NCBI RefSeq assembly: GCF_006345805.1
Contig: NC_043003.1
Location: forward strand, 80,228,001 to 80,292,000
Length of the DNA stretch: 64,000 nucleotides
Source: Octopus sinensis
Lineage: Eukaryota
Direction: 5' to 3'
A program made the position numbers and the translations under genes. Below, piece by piece: positions 62,933 through 64,000 of this stretch. The stretch's first letter is position 1, and every line of letters starts with the position of its first letter. The notes below the pieces were generated by a model, which had not been told where the DNA came from, ran no database searches, and saw only the letters and a list, made by a program, of their open reading frames with translations.

Positions 62933-62933
<1 letters not shown>
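61761..62933. mobile_element. Non-coding PLE-like insertion with ~205-bp inverted arms (element E)
   Basis: 61761-61967 is the reverse complement of 62731-62933; both outer ends run into (TA)n; the arms contain the 3' half of a hammerhead. Confidence 0.75.
62684..62771 (+). ncRNA. Type I hammerhead ribozyme
   Basis: taac (62684-87) - CTGATGA (62688-94) - gtgactata...tacagccac (stem II, long loop) - GAAAC (62756-60) - acgt - GTC (62765-67) - gtta; palindromic stem III acacgtgt. Confidence 0.8.
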
Positions 62934-62968
<35 letters not shown>

Positions 62969-63569
62969 ATATATATATATCAAATAGCACTCACTTTACA
63001 TAGTTTTAATATTAAAAAAATATATATATATTTATAGTGTTTGTCGACCGGTTTGACTTTTGCTACACATGACATTGAAATTTCTGTAATTTCGTATCTA
63101 ACCAAACTTCACAGTTTTCCCCGTCTACTAGAGCAAAGAAACAATTTCTCTACAAGATCGTTTAGAGAAAGAAAATTTGTTCATCAAAAATACAGAACAC
63201 GTCTATATATGAACAGATAGCCAACTTTGATCTCAGTATATATCTTAATTCATAATCACAAACCTATCTCTGTACATATTTCATCTCGCTACTTCAGCTT
63301 CTCAGTTTTCGTGTATATTTATTTATCCCCCAACCACGGTAAGATGAACAATTACCTCCTCTTCCCTTACAATAATGATCAGCAATTACCTCCCTTTAGA
63401 TTTTTCTACTTGTTGAATCATTCATAAACTCCACACGCAACAGGGACTAAAATCGTCTTAAGATAATAAGAAATTACAATAATTCCAATGTCATGATTAG
63501 TGAAAGCGAAAGCGTTTGACCAACACTATAAAATATTTATTTCCTTTTATTTTCATTTTTGTTTCGTCT

Positions 63570-63660
63570 AGTTTCAGCTCACGAGATGATGCCATGCTGG
63601 GGCACCGCAATTTGGTGTTGTTACATAACTTTACTTCACGAATGTTTTTTAGTAATTGAT
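63570..63660 (+). repeat. Dispersed repeat fragment also present at ~24500-24590
   Basis: tctagtttcagctcacgag...gccatgctggggcaccgc..tttggtgttg.taca...tttacttcacgaatg is shared. Confidence 0.7.
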
Positions 63661-64000
63661 ATTTGGTGCACGAGAGAGTTTGATGCAGTTGCCCTCATCT
63701 GCACCTTCCGCGGCGAAGTTGGTTCCTCTGTGACATCTGATAGGAAGAGGTCCAGCTTTATTTTGAAGACACCTACATCCACCCAATATATTTAAAAGTC
63801 TACTAAAACTATGTGAAGTGTGTGCATTTTCATTCTCTTGTTTTATATATATATATATATAATATATATATATATATAACGTGATCTGTGATAGAAAGTT
63901 CAACAAAAAGTACTCCATCTCGTGAGAGATAATTATTGTTTATCTGAAGGTCACTATACATGTATTTAAACGCTAGGAAATATTCAAATGTGGAGAAAAA

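Overview
AT-rich eukaryotic, apparently non-coding window (intergenic or intronic), full of (TA)n, (TG)n, (TAA)n and (TAC)n microsatellites. The SINE families look like those I know from octopus genomes; this taxon call is inference. I found no convincing host gene, rRNA, true tRNA gene or CRISPR array, and most ORF-track entries are microsatellite translations. Recognisable mobile elements: a full-length IR/DR-type Tc1 (DD34E, TA TSD), three Penelope-like element (PLE) relics, a 13-kb co-oriented chain of R4/Dong-clade retrotransposons docked in (TAA)n, a Helentron/HINE-like element, a 2.6-kb foldback element with ~725-bp arms, many tRNA-derived SINEs, and several near-identical tandem duplications that may be assembly artefacts. 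The main unexplained signal is a set of at least five unrelated short palindromic or inverted-repeat elements. Their arms carry type I hammerhead-ribozyme motifs pointing outward from the centre, some well preserved and some decayed, and most abut (TA)n tracts. A free-standing, well-formed hammerhead lies at 29104-29210. One PLE has an in-frame TGA where a Cys would fit, which raises the possibility of a selenoprotein-coding (Naiad-like) element. All motif and fold calls were made by eye and need computational confirmation.
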